Of a DNA stretch of 64,000 nucleotides, positions 19,097-27,920 are shown piece by piece. The stretch spans positions 264,361 through 328,360 of the forward strand of contig DASYDM010000004.1 of NCBI GenBank assembly GCA_036499585.1. The letters run 5' to 3'. A program made the translations under genes and the position numbers. Under the pieces are notes generated by a model. That model searched no databases and was not told where the DNA came from. It worked only from the letters and a program-made list of their open reading frames with translations. The DNA is from Steroidobacteraceae bacterium (GTDB taxonomy: Bacteria; Pseudomonadota; Gammaproteobacteria; Steroidobacterales; Steroidobacteraceae). How positions within the stretch are numbered: the stretch's first letter is position 1; every line of letters begins with the position of its first letter.

Positions 19097-20452
19097 TCAC
19101 ATCGTGTCCGGGGACGACACCCCGATGAGCGTAAGACCATTGCGGATCACCTGTTGTACACCAAGTGCCAGGGCAATGCGCGCGTTACGAATCTTGCTCT
19201 CGGGCACAATAAGTTGCTGAGCGTTGTAGTACGTGTGGAACGCGTTCGCAAGTTCACGTAGGTAATGGACGACGGCATGCGGTGCACGATTCGTCGCGGC
19301 GTGCTCGACGATCTCCGGATAGCTGGTCAGCATTTTGAGCAGAGGCTGCTCCTGCTCCCCTGTCAACGCCGCGGCGTTGTCCAGTCCCTCGGCACGATCG
19401 AACGCCAACTCACCAGCCTTGAGCTGCTTCAGGACACTGGCGACTCGTGCGTGAGCGTATTGGACGTAGTACACCGGATTCTCGTTCGTACGTGACTTGG
19501 CGAGATCCACGTCAAAGTCCAGCGGCTGATCGTGGCTGCGCAACAGGAAGAAAAACCGGCAGGCATCCTTCCCGACCTCCTCCCAGAGCTCGCGCAGAGT
19601 GACGGCCGGGATTTTCCTACGTCGCCGAACGAGACTGACTGATTGAACCAGGTCCACTTCCAGGCCGTCGCTGCGCTCTCCCATGGCTTCCAACGCTGCA
19701 CGCAGCTGCGCGAAGTGGCCCTGGTGGTCGGCGCTCAGAACGTCTACCAGACGTCCGAACCCGCGCTCGCGCTTCTCCAAGTGGTGCGCGACGTCGAACG
19801 CAAAACAGGTTCTTCCGCCGTCACCCTTCACCACCACACGATCCTGGCTGTCTCCGAACTCTGTGCCTCGAAACCAAGTTGCACCGTCGTTTGTATACAG
19901 GTGTCCTTGAGCTTCGAGGAGTGCCAACGCGCGATCAGCGGCGCCGGTGTCGACAAGACTCTGTACGTAGCACTCGAGGTGGACATCGAAGCCCGTTGCC
20001 GCAAACAGGTTCGCGAGTGCCGCGCTATAGGCTTCCTCGCGGCCGTGTCCGATGTGCGAAGGTCTATCCGTCGGCGCACACGCAAACTCCACCACAACCT
20101 TCACGCCTTGACCTAGTCCGCTGCGTCCATAGCGTTCGCTGGACTCATGGATTGCCGAGAGTTCCTGACTAAAGGCCTCGGGCGTCAAATAGATGTTGAT
20201 GAAGCCAGCGCCCGCCACTTCCGCTCGCGCGATGAGCGGGTTCGGCGGTAGCGCCTCGACTATCGCGCGCGCGAGGTCGCCAGGATGCGCCGCACCAGCG
20301 AGGCGGAGCGCCACATTGCTCGCGAAGTCGCCGTGCTGCGCATCGCGTGTACGTTCAACAACTATCTGCAAGGCGGAAGGAGGTCTGGGCAAGACCTCCT
20401 CGGATAGCCGGCCTACGGCGGCCCGCAGAAGCTGCTCGAGTTGGGATTTCAC
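19097..20452 (-). CDS. argS: Arginyl-tRNA synthetase-like protein, atypically short (451 aa)
   Basis: The N-terminal Arg_tRNA_synt_N-like region (HGDFASNVAL, AGAGFINIYL), a HIGH motif (PSHIGHGR) and the C-terminal DALR anticodon-binding domain (NENPVYYVQYAHARV ... ends GVSSPDTM) are recognisable. The catalytic core is much shorter than usual. Confidence 0.75.
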   Translation of the reverse strand: MKSQLEQLLRAAVGRLSEEVLPRPPSALQIVVERTRDAQHGDFASNVALRLAGAAHPGDLARAIVEALPPNPLIARAEVAGAGFINIYLTPEAFSQELSAIHESSERYGRSGLGQGVKVVVEFACAPTDRPSHIGHGREEAYSAALANLFAATGFDVHLECYVQSLVDTGAADRALALLEAQGHLYTNDGATWFRGTEFGDSQDRVVVKGDGGRTCFAFDVAHHLEKRERGFGRLVDVLSADHQGHFAQLRAALEAMGERSDGLEVDLVQSVSLVRRRRKIPAVTLRELWEEVGKDACRFFFLLRSHDQPLDFDVDLAKSRTNENPVYYVQYAHARVASVLKQLKAGELAFDRAEGLDNAAALTGEQEQPLLKMLTSYPEIVEHAATNRAPHAVVHYLRELANAFHTYYNAQQLIVPESKIRNARIALALGVQQVIRNGLTLIGVSSPDTM

Positions 20453-20543
20453 GGCTTATCGTTTGCTTACAATTGCATCGTCAACGTGCGATGGCGGGTC
20501 GCGTTTTTCATTACATGACAACCCCTCACCAGGAGTGATGCAA

Positions 20544-20918
20544 ATGAAGACTCCGATCCGGATTCTAGCGGTCGTAGCGGCGCTTTCGGCGGTACCCGCG
20601 GTCCTGTGGGCGCAGTCGGCGACCCCCAGTGGCGACAGCGGAACGGCCGCTGGCGGCGCTACGGCGACGTCTCCCAACACACCCAAACATTGGCACCGCC
20701 ACCATCGCGATCTGTTCAAGATGTGGGATACCAACGGCGACGGCCAGATCACGCGCGACGAAGCGCAGGCTGCCGCGGCTGCCATGGCGACGAAGCGCTT
20801 CGACAAACTCGATCTCAACCATGATGGAGTGCTGACACGCGAGGAAGTTCAGCAGGCGTGGCAGGCGCGGCGCGCACAGCGTCGTCAGCAGCAGTCTTCG
20901 GCTGCGCCGGCGCAGTGA
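20544..20918 (+). CDS. Small secreted EF-hand calcium-binding protein
   Basis: AGGAG SD 8 nt upstream of the ATG at 20544. Signal peptide MKTPIRILAVVAALSAVPAVLWA. Two EF-hand loops, DTNGDGQITRDE and DLNHDGVLTREE. The rest of the 241-aa track ORF upstream is antisense to argS. Confidence 0.7.
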   Translation: MKTPIRILAVVAALSAVPAVLWAQSATPSGDSGTAAGGATATSPNTPKHWHRHHRDLFKMWDTNGDGQITRDEAQAAAAAMATKRFDKLDLNHDGVLTREEVQQAWQARRAQRRQQQSSAAPAQ

Positions 20919-22746
20919 GGCCGACGGCGAAACACAGCTCATCCGGGTCGACCGGCTTGGTCAGGTGCAGATCGAAGCCGGCGGCCCGGGAACGCTCGAT
21001 GTCATCCGGCTGGCCCATGCCCGTCAGCGCGATGAGCCGCACACGCTCGCCCCAACTCTGGCTGCGAATCATGCGGCATAGCTCGAAACCGTCCGGGAAG
21101 GGCATGTTCAGGTCGATGAATGCGACGTCAGGAGGCACGGACATCGCCTGCTCGAATCCGGACAGGCCATCGAAGGAGGCGTATGTCCGATGGCCTCTGC
21201 AGTCCAGCAGGGTTGCGAGGCTGGTAGCTGCGTCGACATTGTCGTCGACGACGAGCACGATGCGGCTGGTGTGGTCCGTGCGAGCCACGCTCGCCTGAGG
21301 CGCCGTCCACGCCGGGGCTTCGGCCAGCGGCAGCCGAATGCGGAATTCACTGCCTTTCCCGGGACCTGCACTGCGGGCGGTGATTTCTCCGCCGTGCATG
21401 TTGATGAGTGAGCGTGCCAGAGCCAGGCCCACACCCAGGCCGACGCCGGCGTGAGTCTTGCCCGTATCGAGCTGCACGAACATCTCGAAGATGTTGTCGA
21501 GATCGGCCGCGGGGATGCCGATTCCGCTGTCCTGCACCCGGATGATTGCGATGGCGGCCTTGGCGCGCACCGACAACACGATGCGCCCTTGGGGCGGGGT
21601 GAACTTCGCGGCGTTGTTCAGCAGATTCGCCAGGACCTGGGCCAGGCGCGTCCGGTCCGCATCGACGTAGAGATCGCCAGCCGGGTGATTCACCACCAGC
21701 TCGTGAGAGCGGGCCTCGATGTTGGGTCGAGCCGTTTCCATGGCGGCCTCGATGACCGACTTCAGCACGATTCTCTCGCGACGCAGCTCGAGCTTGCCCC
21801 GATCGATCCGGCTGGCATCCAGCAGATCATCGATCAGCCGCGTGGCGATGCGGATCTGCTGTTCCATCATGGCGGGAATGTCTCCCAGGGATTCCGGGGT
21901 TCGTTCCTTGAGGATGGCGAGGCCGTTGCGGATGGGCGCGAGTGGGTTGCGTAGCTCGTGCGAAAGAGTCGCGAGAAACGTGCTCTTCGCGGAGTTCGCG
22001 CGCTGCAATTCAGCCGCACGCTGGCTCAGCTGGATCGCGAGCTGCCGCGTCTGCGTGATGTCGGAGAAGCACATGGCGACGCCGTCGTCGAGGCGTACGA
22101 TCATGCAGCGCAGCCATCGCGAGAGCCCCGCGTTCGCTCCCACGTCGGCGAGTTCGATGTCGGCCGGGTTCCCCGTTCGAACGACCTGTCGCAGCGACTC
22201 GAGCAGCCCCGCGGTGCAAAGCCCGGGCATGACTTCGCTCACTTTGCAGCGGGTCACCTGCTCCGGCGTGGACCGGCAGATCGACGCGCCGAGCGAGTTG
22301 ATGTATTCGATCTCGAAGTCGAACAGCTGGCCATCCGGCCCGCGAAGGGCCTGCAGCCAGGCATACCCTTGGATCGCCGCTTCCTGGGAGCGAAAAAAGC
22401 GCTCCTGCGAGCGGCGATAGGCGTCCCGGGTCCGGCGCATGCCCTCGCCCAGTCCGATGATCAGGCCGGAGGTCAACACATAAAGGGTCACCCCCACACT
22501 GGTGTGCAGAACGTCGAAGGGCAGCGCCTGGAAGGGCCGCCCGATGATGACGATCATTCCGACAGGCCCGAGCACCGCGGTCACCAGGCCGGGTCCCCAA
22601 CCTCCCAACCAAACGGCCAGGGCGATCGCGCCCATCAGCGTTGCGTAGGGCGCGTCCGGTCCGACGATCGGAATCAACGACCAGCGGATCGCAATAGCCA
22701 CCGCAGCGATGGCGACCGCGCTTGCGTACTTGACCAGGTCCGACAT
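20815..22746 (-). CDS. Hybrid sensor histidine kinase (DUF4118-like TM domain, PAS, HisKA, HATPase, REC)
   Basis: Start reassigned to MSDLVKYASAVAIAAVAIAIRW (ATG at 22746). H-box LATLSHELRNPLAPI, HATPase (DSGIGI, GLGVGLALARSL), C-terminal REC (VLVVDDN...FIDLNMP...LTKP). Confidence 0.85.
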   Translation of the reverse strand: MSDLVKYASAVAIAAVAIAIRWSLIPIVGPDAPYATLMGAIALAVWLGGWGPGLVTAVLGPVGMIVIIGRPFQALPFDVLHTSVGVTLYVLTSGLIIGLGEGMRRTRDAYRRSQERFFRSQEAAIQGYAWLQALRGPDGQLFDFEIEYINSLGASICRSTPEQVTRCKVSEVMPGLCTAGLLESLRQVVRTGNPADIELADVGANAGLSRWLRCMIVRLDDGVAMCFSDITQTRQLAIQLSQRAAELQRANSAKSTFLATLSHELRNPLAPIRNGLAILKERTPESLGDIPAMMEQQIRIATRLIDDLLDASRIDRGKLELRRERIVLKSVIEAAMETARPNIEARSHELVVNHPAGDLYVDADRTRLAQVLANLLNNAAKFTPPQGRIVLSVRAKAAIAIIRVQDSGIGIPAADLDNIFEMFVQLDTGKTHAGVGLGVGLALARSLINMHGGEITARSAGPGKGSEFRIRLPLAEAPAWTAPQASVARTDHTSRIVLVVDDNVDAATSLATLLDCRGHRTYASFDGLSGFEQAMSVPPDVAFIDLNMPFPDGFELCRMIRSQSWGERVRLIALTGMGQPDDIERSRAAGFDLHLTKPVDPDELCFAVGLTAPAQPKTAADDAVRAAPATPAELPRVSALHHG

Positions 22747-22799
22747 GAAAAAACGCCACCCCCCGCAAAATCGCCGCAGGCGGATCTTGCCAGATCTAA

Positions 22800-25004
22800 C
22801 TAAAACAACTCTATCGGGTCCACGTCCAGTGCCCAACGGACACGACGAGCGCTTTGCAGCGTCTCGATCGTAGGAAGCCAGCCATCGAGGAACCGGTGGA
22901 GCGCCCCGCGCTCGGCGCTCTCCACTAGCAACTGAGCGTGGTAGCGTCCGGCGCGTTTCGACATCGCGGCGGGAACCGGTCCCAGCAGCTTCACGTTGCG
23001 AGGCGGCTGGGCCAACTTTCGTGCGTCCGTCAGAAACTCGATCGCCGCGGGTGCCGTCGTTGCGGATGTGCGTATCGCGGTCAAACGGCTGAACGGAGGC
23101 CATGAAGCCTGCGACCGCTCCTCCAGCGCTGCCCGCGCGAAGCCATCGTAACCCTCCGACAGGAGGCTCCGGAGTAGGGGATGGTCGGGAAACTCCGTCT
23201 GCACCAGCACCTCGCCGGGACGGGTGCCCCTGCCTGCGCGTCCGGCGACCTGCACGAGTGTTTGGGCCAGCCGTTCGGGTGCGCGAAAGTCCGTGCTGAA
23301 CAGCCCCTGATCGGCATTGAGAACCACCACCAACGTGACGTTCGGAAAGTCGTGACCCTTGGTCACCATCTGGGTGCCGATCAGGATCCGGGCGTCGCCG
23401 GAGGCCATGCGCTTCATGGCCGATTCCATATCCCCCCGCCGGCGTACGACGTCCCGATCGAGCCGGACGAGCGAGACGCCCGGGAACAAACCCGCGATGG
23501 CCTCTTCGACTCGTTCCGTCCCCTGGCCCACAGGCTTCACCGCGAACCCGCATTGAAGGCATCGCTCGGGGAGGGGCTCGTCGGCCCCACAGTGATGGCA
23601 TCTCAGTCGCTGTGCCGAAAGGTGCACCGTCATCCGGGCATCACAGTCCTTGCACGGCGCGACCCATCCGCAGGCTGTGCAGAGAAGCGTTGGCGCATAC
23701 CCACGGCGGTTGAGGAAGACGAGGACCTGTCCATCCTCGGCGAGATGGCGCTGCATTGCCTGTACGGCTGGTGTCGAAATACCCGCCTGGACAGCATTCG
23801 TTCGGAGGTCGAGCAGGGTGATCCGAGGCGGAGCCGCCTGGGTCGTGCGCCTCGGAAGGGTCAGCCGCGTGTAACGGCCGTTGTTGACGTTGTGGAGGGA
23901 TTCGAGAGCAGGCGTCGCGGATCCCAGCAGGATGGGGACGTTGGCCCTTTGTGCCCGAACGACCGCCAGGTCCCGGGCCGAGTACCGGAAGCCGCCCTCG
24001 TGCTGTTTGAACGAGGCATCGTGCTCTTCGTCGATGATCACCAGGCGCAATTGCGGCACGGGAGCAAACGCCGCCGACCGAGTCCCGATGACGATCCGGG
24101 CAGCCCCACTGAAGGCCGTGCGCCAGGCGCGTAGTCTTTCTGAGTCCGTCAACGCCGAGTGCAGAACGCAAAGCGGCGTGTCGAAGCGTTCGCTGAAGCG
24201 GCCGACGAGCTGCGGCGTCAGGCCGATTTCAGGCACCAGCACCAGTGCACGACCTCCCTGAGCTAACACTTGCTCCACCAGGCGCAGATACACTTCCGTC
24301 TTGCCGCTACCGGTCACACCGTGAAGAACGAATGTTCCGAAGCGGCCAAGTGCCGCACTTACGCTGTCGACAGCAATCTTCTGCTCCGGGGACAGGTCCG
24401 GTGCCGCGCCATGAACGCTCGCACGCGACTCTTCCACGACGACGGGTGATTCGGTCGATACGACCCATCCTCGGGCGATCAACTGTCGAGCACTGTCACG
24501 CCAGTTGGGTAATGTCTCCGTAAGAATGTCAGCTGACACTCCTTCCTGTTCCGCGAGTAGCGCGAGTAGCTTCCGCTGCTTCGGTGCGCGGCGCGGTTCT
24601 CCTTGGCGGTACGCCTCATGACCCTCTGCCGTCACGAGCCAATGCTCATGCGATTCCACAGCGCTTGCGCCGAGACGAAGCGCTTTGGGCAAAGCGGTCG
24701 CCAGCACCTCCCCGATGGGATGGTGGTAGTAGTCGGCGGCCCATTCGAGCAGCCCCAGCGCGGCCGGATCGAGTACGGGCCGCGTATCGAGTACTTCGAT
24801 GATCGGCTTCAGCCGCTCTACGGCCACGTCCGAGGACTCGGCAGTTGCCATAATGATGCCGACCAGGCGTTGCCGGCCGAAGGGGACCCGCACCCTCATC
24901 CCGGGTTCAGGGGTGGGATGCGAGCCTGTTTCGGGCGGCAGGTAGTCGAACAGGCGCCGCAGCGGCATGTCCAGCGCCACACGAAACACCCGCGGGAGAG
25001 TCAT
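22800..25004 (-). CDS. priA: Primosomal protein N' (replication restart helicase PriA)
   Basis: 734 aa. Walker A GVTGSGKTEVY, DEEHD box, Cys-rich zinc-binding insert (CTACGW...CKDCD...CHHCG...CLQCG). Confidence 0.93.
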   Translation of the reverse strand: MTLPRVFRVALDMPLRRLFDYLPPETGSHPTPEPGMRVRVPFGRQRLVGIIMATAESSDVAVERLKPIIEVLDTRPVLDPAALGLLEWAADYYHHPIGEVLATALPKALRLGASAVESHEHWLVTAEGHEAYRQGEPRRAPKQRKLLALLAEQEGVSADILTETLPNWRDSARQLIARGWVVSTESPVVVEESRASVHGAAPDLSPEQKIAVDSVSAALGRFGTFVLHGVTGSGKTEVYLRLVEQVLAQGGRALVLVPEIGLTPQLVGRFSERFDTPLCVLHSALTDSERLRAWRTAFSGAARIVIGTRSAAFAPVPQLRLVIIDEEHDASFKQHEGGFRYSARDLAVVRAQRANVPILLGSATPALESLHNVNNGRYTRLTLPRRTTQAAPPRITLLDLRTNAVQAGISTPAVQAMQRHLAEDGQVLVFLNRRGYAPTLLCTACGWVAPCKDCDARMTVHLSAQRLRCHHCGADEPLPERCLQCGFAVKPVGQGTERVEEAIAGLFPGVSLVRLDRDVVRRRGDMESAMKRMASGDARILIGTQMVTKGHDFPNVTLVVVLNADQGLFSTDFRAPERLAQTLVQVAGRAGRGTRPGEVLVQTEFPDHPLLRSLLSEGYDGFARAALEERSQASWPPFSRLTAIRTSATTAPAAIEFLTDARKLAQPPRNVKLLGPVPAAMSKRAGRYHAQLLVESAERGALHRFLDGWLPTIETLQSARRVRWALDVDPIELF

Positions 25005-25081
25005 GGATTCGGATAAATCAATGGGTTACGTTCGTTCGGCCCGGAGTCAACCAGACCCCGCGCCCGCGCGTTATACGACCC

Positions 25082-25708
25082 ATGTCCGGGTTCGCCACAC
25101 TCGCGCCGCCTTATAGCATGCCCTCAGCATCGCACGGGGACGTGGGGGTTGCCGATTCGTCGGCGCAGGCGCGCTCCCGGGCCCTGAATCAATTTCTCTC
25201 GGGCATCGAGCTCAAGGCTTTCAAGATCGCCCAAGCTGGCCTGCGAAACGAAGACGACGCGCTGGATGCGGTGCAGGACGCGATGCTGCAACTCGCTCGG
25301 GCGTACGCGGATCGTCCTGCCGAGGAGTGGAAGCCGCTGTTCTACCGGATCCTGGAGAACCGGATTCGGGACATGCAGCGCCGCCGGACCGTCCGGGGCC
25401 GTGTGATCGCCTGGCTCCCGTTTCGGGGTGACGAGGACGACGAGGAAATGGACCCGATCGCTCAAGCCCCGAGCGAAGAGCCCTCGCCCAGTCATAAACT
25501 CGAGATCGACGAGGCCATGGTGGCTCTCGACACGGCGATTGGCACGCTCCCGCGGCGTCAGCAGCAGGTGTTCATGTTGCGGACCCTCGAGGGCCTGGAT
25601 GTGGCTCAGACGGCCGTTGCGATGGGCTGCTCCGAGGGCAGCGTCAAGACACACTATTTTCGCGCCCTGCAGGCGTTGCGGGCGCAGCTCGGGAGCTTCC
25701 GGACATGA
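25082..25708 (+). CDS. ECF-type RNA polymerase sigma factor (module 1)
   Basis: Sigma-70 region 2 (DALDAVQDAMLQLARAY...FYRILENRIRDMQRRR) and region 4 (LPRRQQQVFMLRTLEGLDVAQTAVAMGCSEGSVKTHYFRALQALR). Confidence 0.85.
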   Translation: MSGFATLAPPYSMPSASHGDVGVADSSAQARSRALNQFLSGIELKAFKIAQAGLRNEDDALDAVQDAMLQLARAYADRPAEEWKPLFYRILENRIRDMQRRRTVRGRVIAWLPFRGDEDDEEMDPIAQAPSEEPSPSHKLEIDEAMVALDTAIGTLPRRQQQVFMLRTLEGLDVAQTAVAMGCSEGSVKTHYFRALQALRAQLGSFRT

Positions 25709-26124
25709 GCGCTCCGTCAAACAGTTCTGATGAGACCCTCCGGCGGGAGTTCGAAGAGCGCTCGAGCGTGGTGCTCGCGGAGAGCCTGACGCGCATCGAC
25801 AGCCGCATCCGCTCGCGATTGAACCAGGCCCGCCAGGCGGCAGTGGCCGAAGTGGCCAGATCTGGAAAGCGGCCGGGGTTCCTGCGCAGCTTCGTGTTGA
25901 TGCCGACCGCAGGCGCGATTGCCGCGGCGGCTCTGGTGGCGATGGTGTTGTGGCAGCATCCTCACTCGGGCAGTGGTGCCGTGGGTGAGGGCAGTGCGAT
26001 GACCGCTGAGGATCTCGATCTGGTCGCCGATGGCGAGGGTCTGGACCTGATGGAAGATCTGGACGGCTCGTTTTACGAGTGGGCGGCGGATCAGTCCGAA
26101 CCCGGCACCGAGACGAGCACTTGA
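25705..26124 (+). CDS. DUF3619-like membrane protein (putative partner of ECF sigma 1)
   Basis: 4-nt overlap with the sigma gene. One TM segment (LMPTAGAIAAAALVAMVLW) and an acidic C-terminus. The family assignment is from memory of sigma-DUF3619-DUF3106 loci in Burkholderiales. Confidence 0.5.
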   Translation: MSAPSNSSDETLRREFEERSSVVLAESLTRIDSRIRSRLNQARQAAVAEVARSGKRPGFLRSFVLMPTAGAIAAAALVAMVLWQHPHSGSGAVGEGSAMTAEDLDLVADGEGLDLMEDLDGSFYEWAADQSEPGTETST

Positions 26125-26429
26125 GCTCATCCCGGTGCGTCTGGCCCGCGCCGGCACTGGTAGTGGCCTTGGCCGCCGCGGCGCTGGGCGCGGGTGCGGT
26201 CTCGGCGGCGGATCCGCCGAAGAAGCCGACCGAGCCGCTGCCGGATGCCGAGTTTCTGGAATTTCTCGGGAGCGTCGATTCGACGGCGGATGCCGGCACG
26301 CAGCCCGATGATGGCAGTTGGATGGAATATCTGGCGCAGGCCGACATAGACAAGGCCGCGCAAAAGGCCAAGCCGCCCGGACCGAGCGGTACGCAGACGG
26401 GGGCTTCGAAGGTGAAGTCGGATGACTAG
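26121..26429 (+). CDS. Small secreted acidic protein (hypothetical)
   Basis: The TTG at 26121 overlaps the previous stop (TTGA). Signal-like WPAPALVVALAAAALGAGAVSA followed by an acidic region. The start codon is uncertain. Confidence 0.4.
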   Translation: MSSSRCVWPAPALVVALAAAALGAGAVSAADPPKKPTEPLPDAEFLEFLGSVDSTADAGTQPDDGSWMEYLAQADIDKAAQKAKPPGPSGTQTGASKVKSDD

Positions 26430-27075
26430 GTGGGGTGCATTGAGTCTGGCGGCTCTGCTGCTCGCGGCGGCGGCGCCTTCCTTTGCCCAGACGCCCGACC
26501 AGCCGCGCACCGACCGCCCGCCGAATGCCACCGGAGCCGGTGGGCCGCAGTCTGGCGGCCCCGCGTTCTCTGGCGGTCCGGCCGGCGGCGTGGGTAGCCC
26601 CTCCGCCCCCGCCAGCGGTCCGCGGGGTCCGTCGACTTCCCCACCTCCGGGAGGTCCGGTGGCGTGGTCGAGCCTGTCATCCCGTCAGCAACAGCTGCTC
26701 TCCCAGTTCGGCGACAAGTGGAGCTCGTTGCCTCCCGAGCGCCAGCAGGCGCTGGCCCGCGGCAGCGACCGCTGGCTCAACATGACACCCGATCAGAAGA
26801 GCTCCGCGACTCAGCGCTTTCAGAAGTTTCGCGATCTGCCGCCGGATCAGCGCAAGACGCTGCGGAATCGTTGGGAGAAGTTCCGCACCCTGCCTCCCGA
26901 CCAACAGGCCCATGTTCGGGAGAACTTCCGCAAGTTCCGGCAGCTGCCGCCGGCGCGGCGTCAGGCGTTACGCGAGCGGTGGCAGAAGCTGTCGCCGTCC
27001 GAGCGCCAGCATGCGCTACAGAATCTGCGCGAGCGGCGCTCGCAACGGCAAATGCGGCGGCCCAACCGTCCCTGA
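26422..27075 (+). CDS. DUF3106-like secreted repeat protein
   Basis: Signal peptide, a Gly/Pro-rich linker, then iterated ~20-aa units of the type R(F/W)xKFRxLPPxQ(R/Q) (QRFQKFRDLPPDQRKTL / RNRWEKFRTLPPDQQAHV / RENFRKFRQLPPARRQAL / RERWQKLSPSERQHAL). Confidence 0.6.
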   Translation: MTRWGALSLAALLLAAAAPSFAQTPDQPRTDRPPNATGAGGPQSGGPAFSGGPAGGVGSPSAPASGPRGPSTSPPPGGPVAWSSLSSRQQQLLSQFGDKWSSLPPERQQALARGSDRWLNMTPDQKSSATQRFQKFRDLPPDQRKTLRNRWEKFRTLPPDQQAHVRENFRKFRQLPPARRQALRERWQKLSPSERQHALQNLRERRSQRQMRRPNRP

Positions 27076-27117
27076 CTCCGAACTGCAACCATCCCCCGCC
27101 AGAATCTCCCGCTCACG

Positions 27118-27897
27118 ATGAGCGCGCTCAAGACATACCTGCGGGAGCGACTGCCGCGGCCGGTGGTCACTGCCTACGATCGATTCCGTCGCCGCCAGGC
27201 CCAGATGCGCAATCAGGCCAAGAGCACCGAACAGGTCTTCACGGACATCTACTCCCGCAACGAGTGGGGTGGTGAGGCCGGTACCTTCAATTCGGGGACC
27301 GGATCCAGCGACGATCGGATCGTCAGCCCGTATGTCGAGGCCCTGCGGGCGCATCTGCGGACCCTCGGCGCATCAAACGCGGTGGCGGTCGATCTGGGCT
27401 GCGGTGATTTCCGCGTCGGGAGGCGGTTCGCCGGGGATTTCCGGAAATACATCGGAGTCGACATCGTCGCGCCGCTGATTGCCCGCAATCAGCGCGACTA
27501 CGGCAACGATCGAGTCTCGTTCGTACACGCCAACTTCATCGAGGATGAGTTGCCCCACGGGGACATCTGCTTCGTCCGGCAGGTGTTTCAGCACCTCTCG
27601 AACGCACAGATCCTCCAAGCTCTTCCGAGGCTCGCCATTTACCGCCACGTACTCGTCACCGAGCATCATCCGTCAGATGGAAACCGCGTCGAGTTCAATC
27701 TGGACAAGCCACATGGCGGAGATATTCGCGTCGCGGTGGGCTCGGGCGTGTTTCTGGACAAGCCTCCGTTCAATCTACCCGCCGAGCGGTACCGTCCGGT
27801 GTTCGAGGTGGCGGGAGTGTCCGCGCCGGGCGGCCGCGACCCGGGGGTTATCCGGACGTATTGTCTGACGTCGCCGGCTCAACGCACGCCGGACTGA
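27118..27897 (+). CDS. Class I SAM-dependent methyltransferase
   Basis: Motif I VAVDLGCGDFRVG, post-I GVDIV, and later FVRQVFQHL. The substrate is unknown. Confidence 0.6.
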   Translation: MSALKTYLRERLPRPVVTAYDRFRRRQAQMRNQAKSTEQVFTDIYSRNEWGGEAGTFNSGTGSSDDRIVSPYVEALRAHLRTLGASNAVAVDLGCGDFRVGRRFAGDFRKYIGVDIVAPLIARNQRDYGNDRVSFVHANFIEDELPHGDICFVRQVFQHLSNAQILQALPRLAIYRHVLVTEHHPSDGNRVEFNLDKPHGGDIRVAVGSGVFLDKPPFNLPAERYRPVFEVAGVSAPGGRDPGVIRTYCLTSPAQRTPD

Positions 27898-27920
27898 TCG
27901 GTCGCGGCCAAGGCCTCGTG

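Noticed and set aside
22747-23601. N-terminal 285 aa of the 928-aa track ORF (20815-23601, minus)
   Set aside because: It is Arg/Gly/Pro-rich low-complexity sequence that overlaps the 3' end of priA in another frame. The kinase has a convincing start (MSDLVKY, followed by TM helices) at 22746.
25124-26371. 415-aa minus-strand ORF
   Set aside because: It is antisense to the ECF sigma 1 operon and is Pro/Arg/Ser-rich. The plus-strand genes have sigma-70 regions 2 and 4 and signal peptides.
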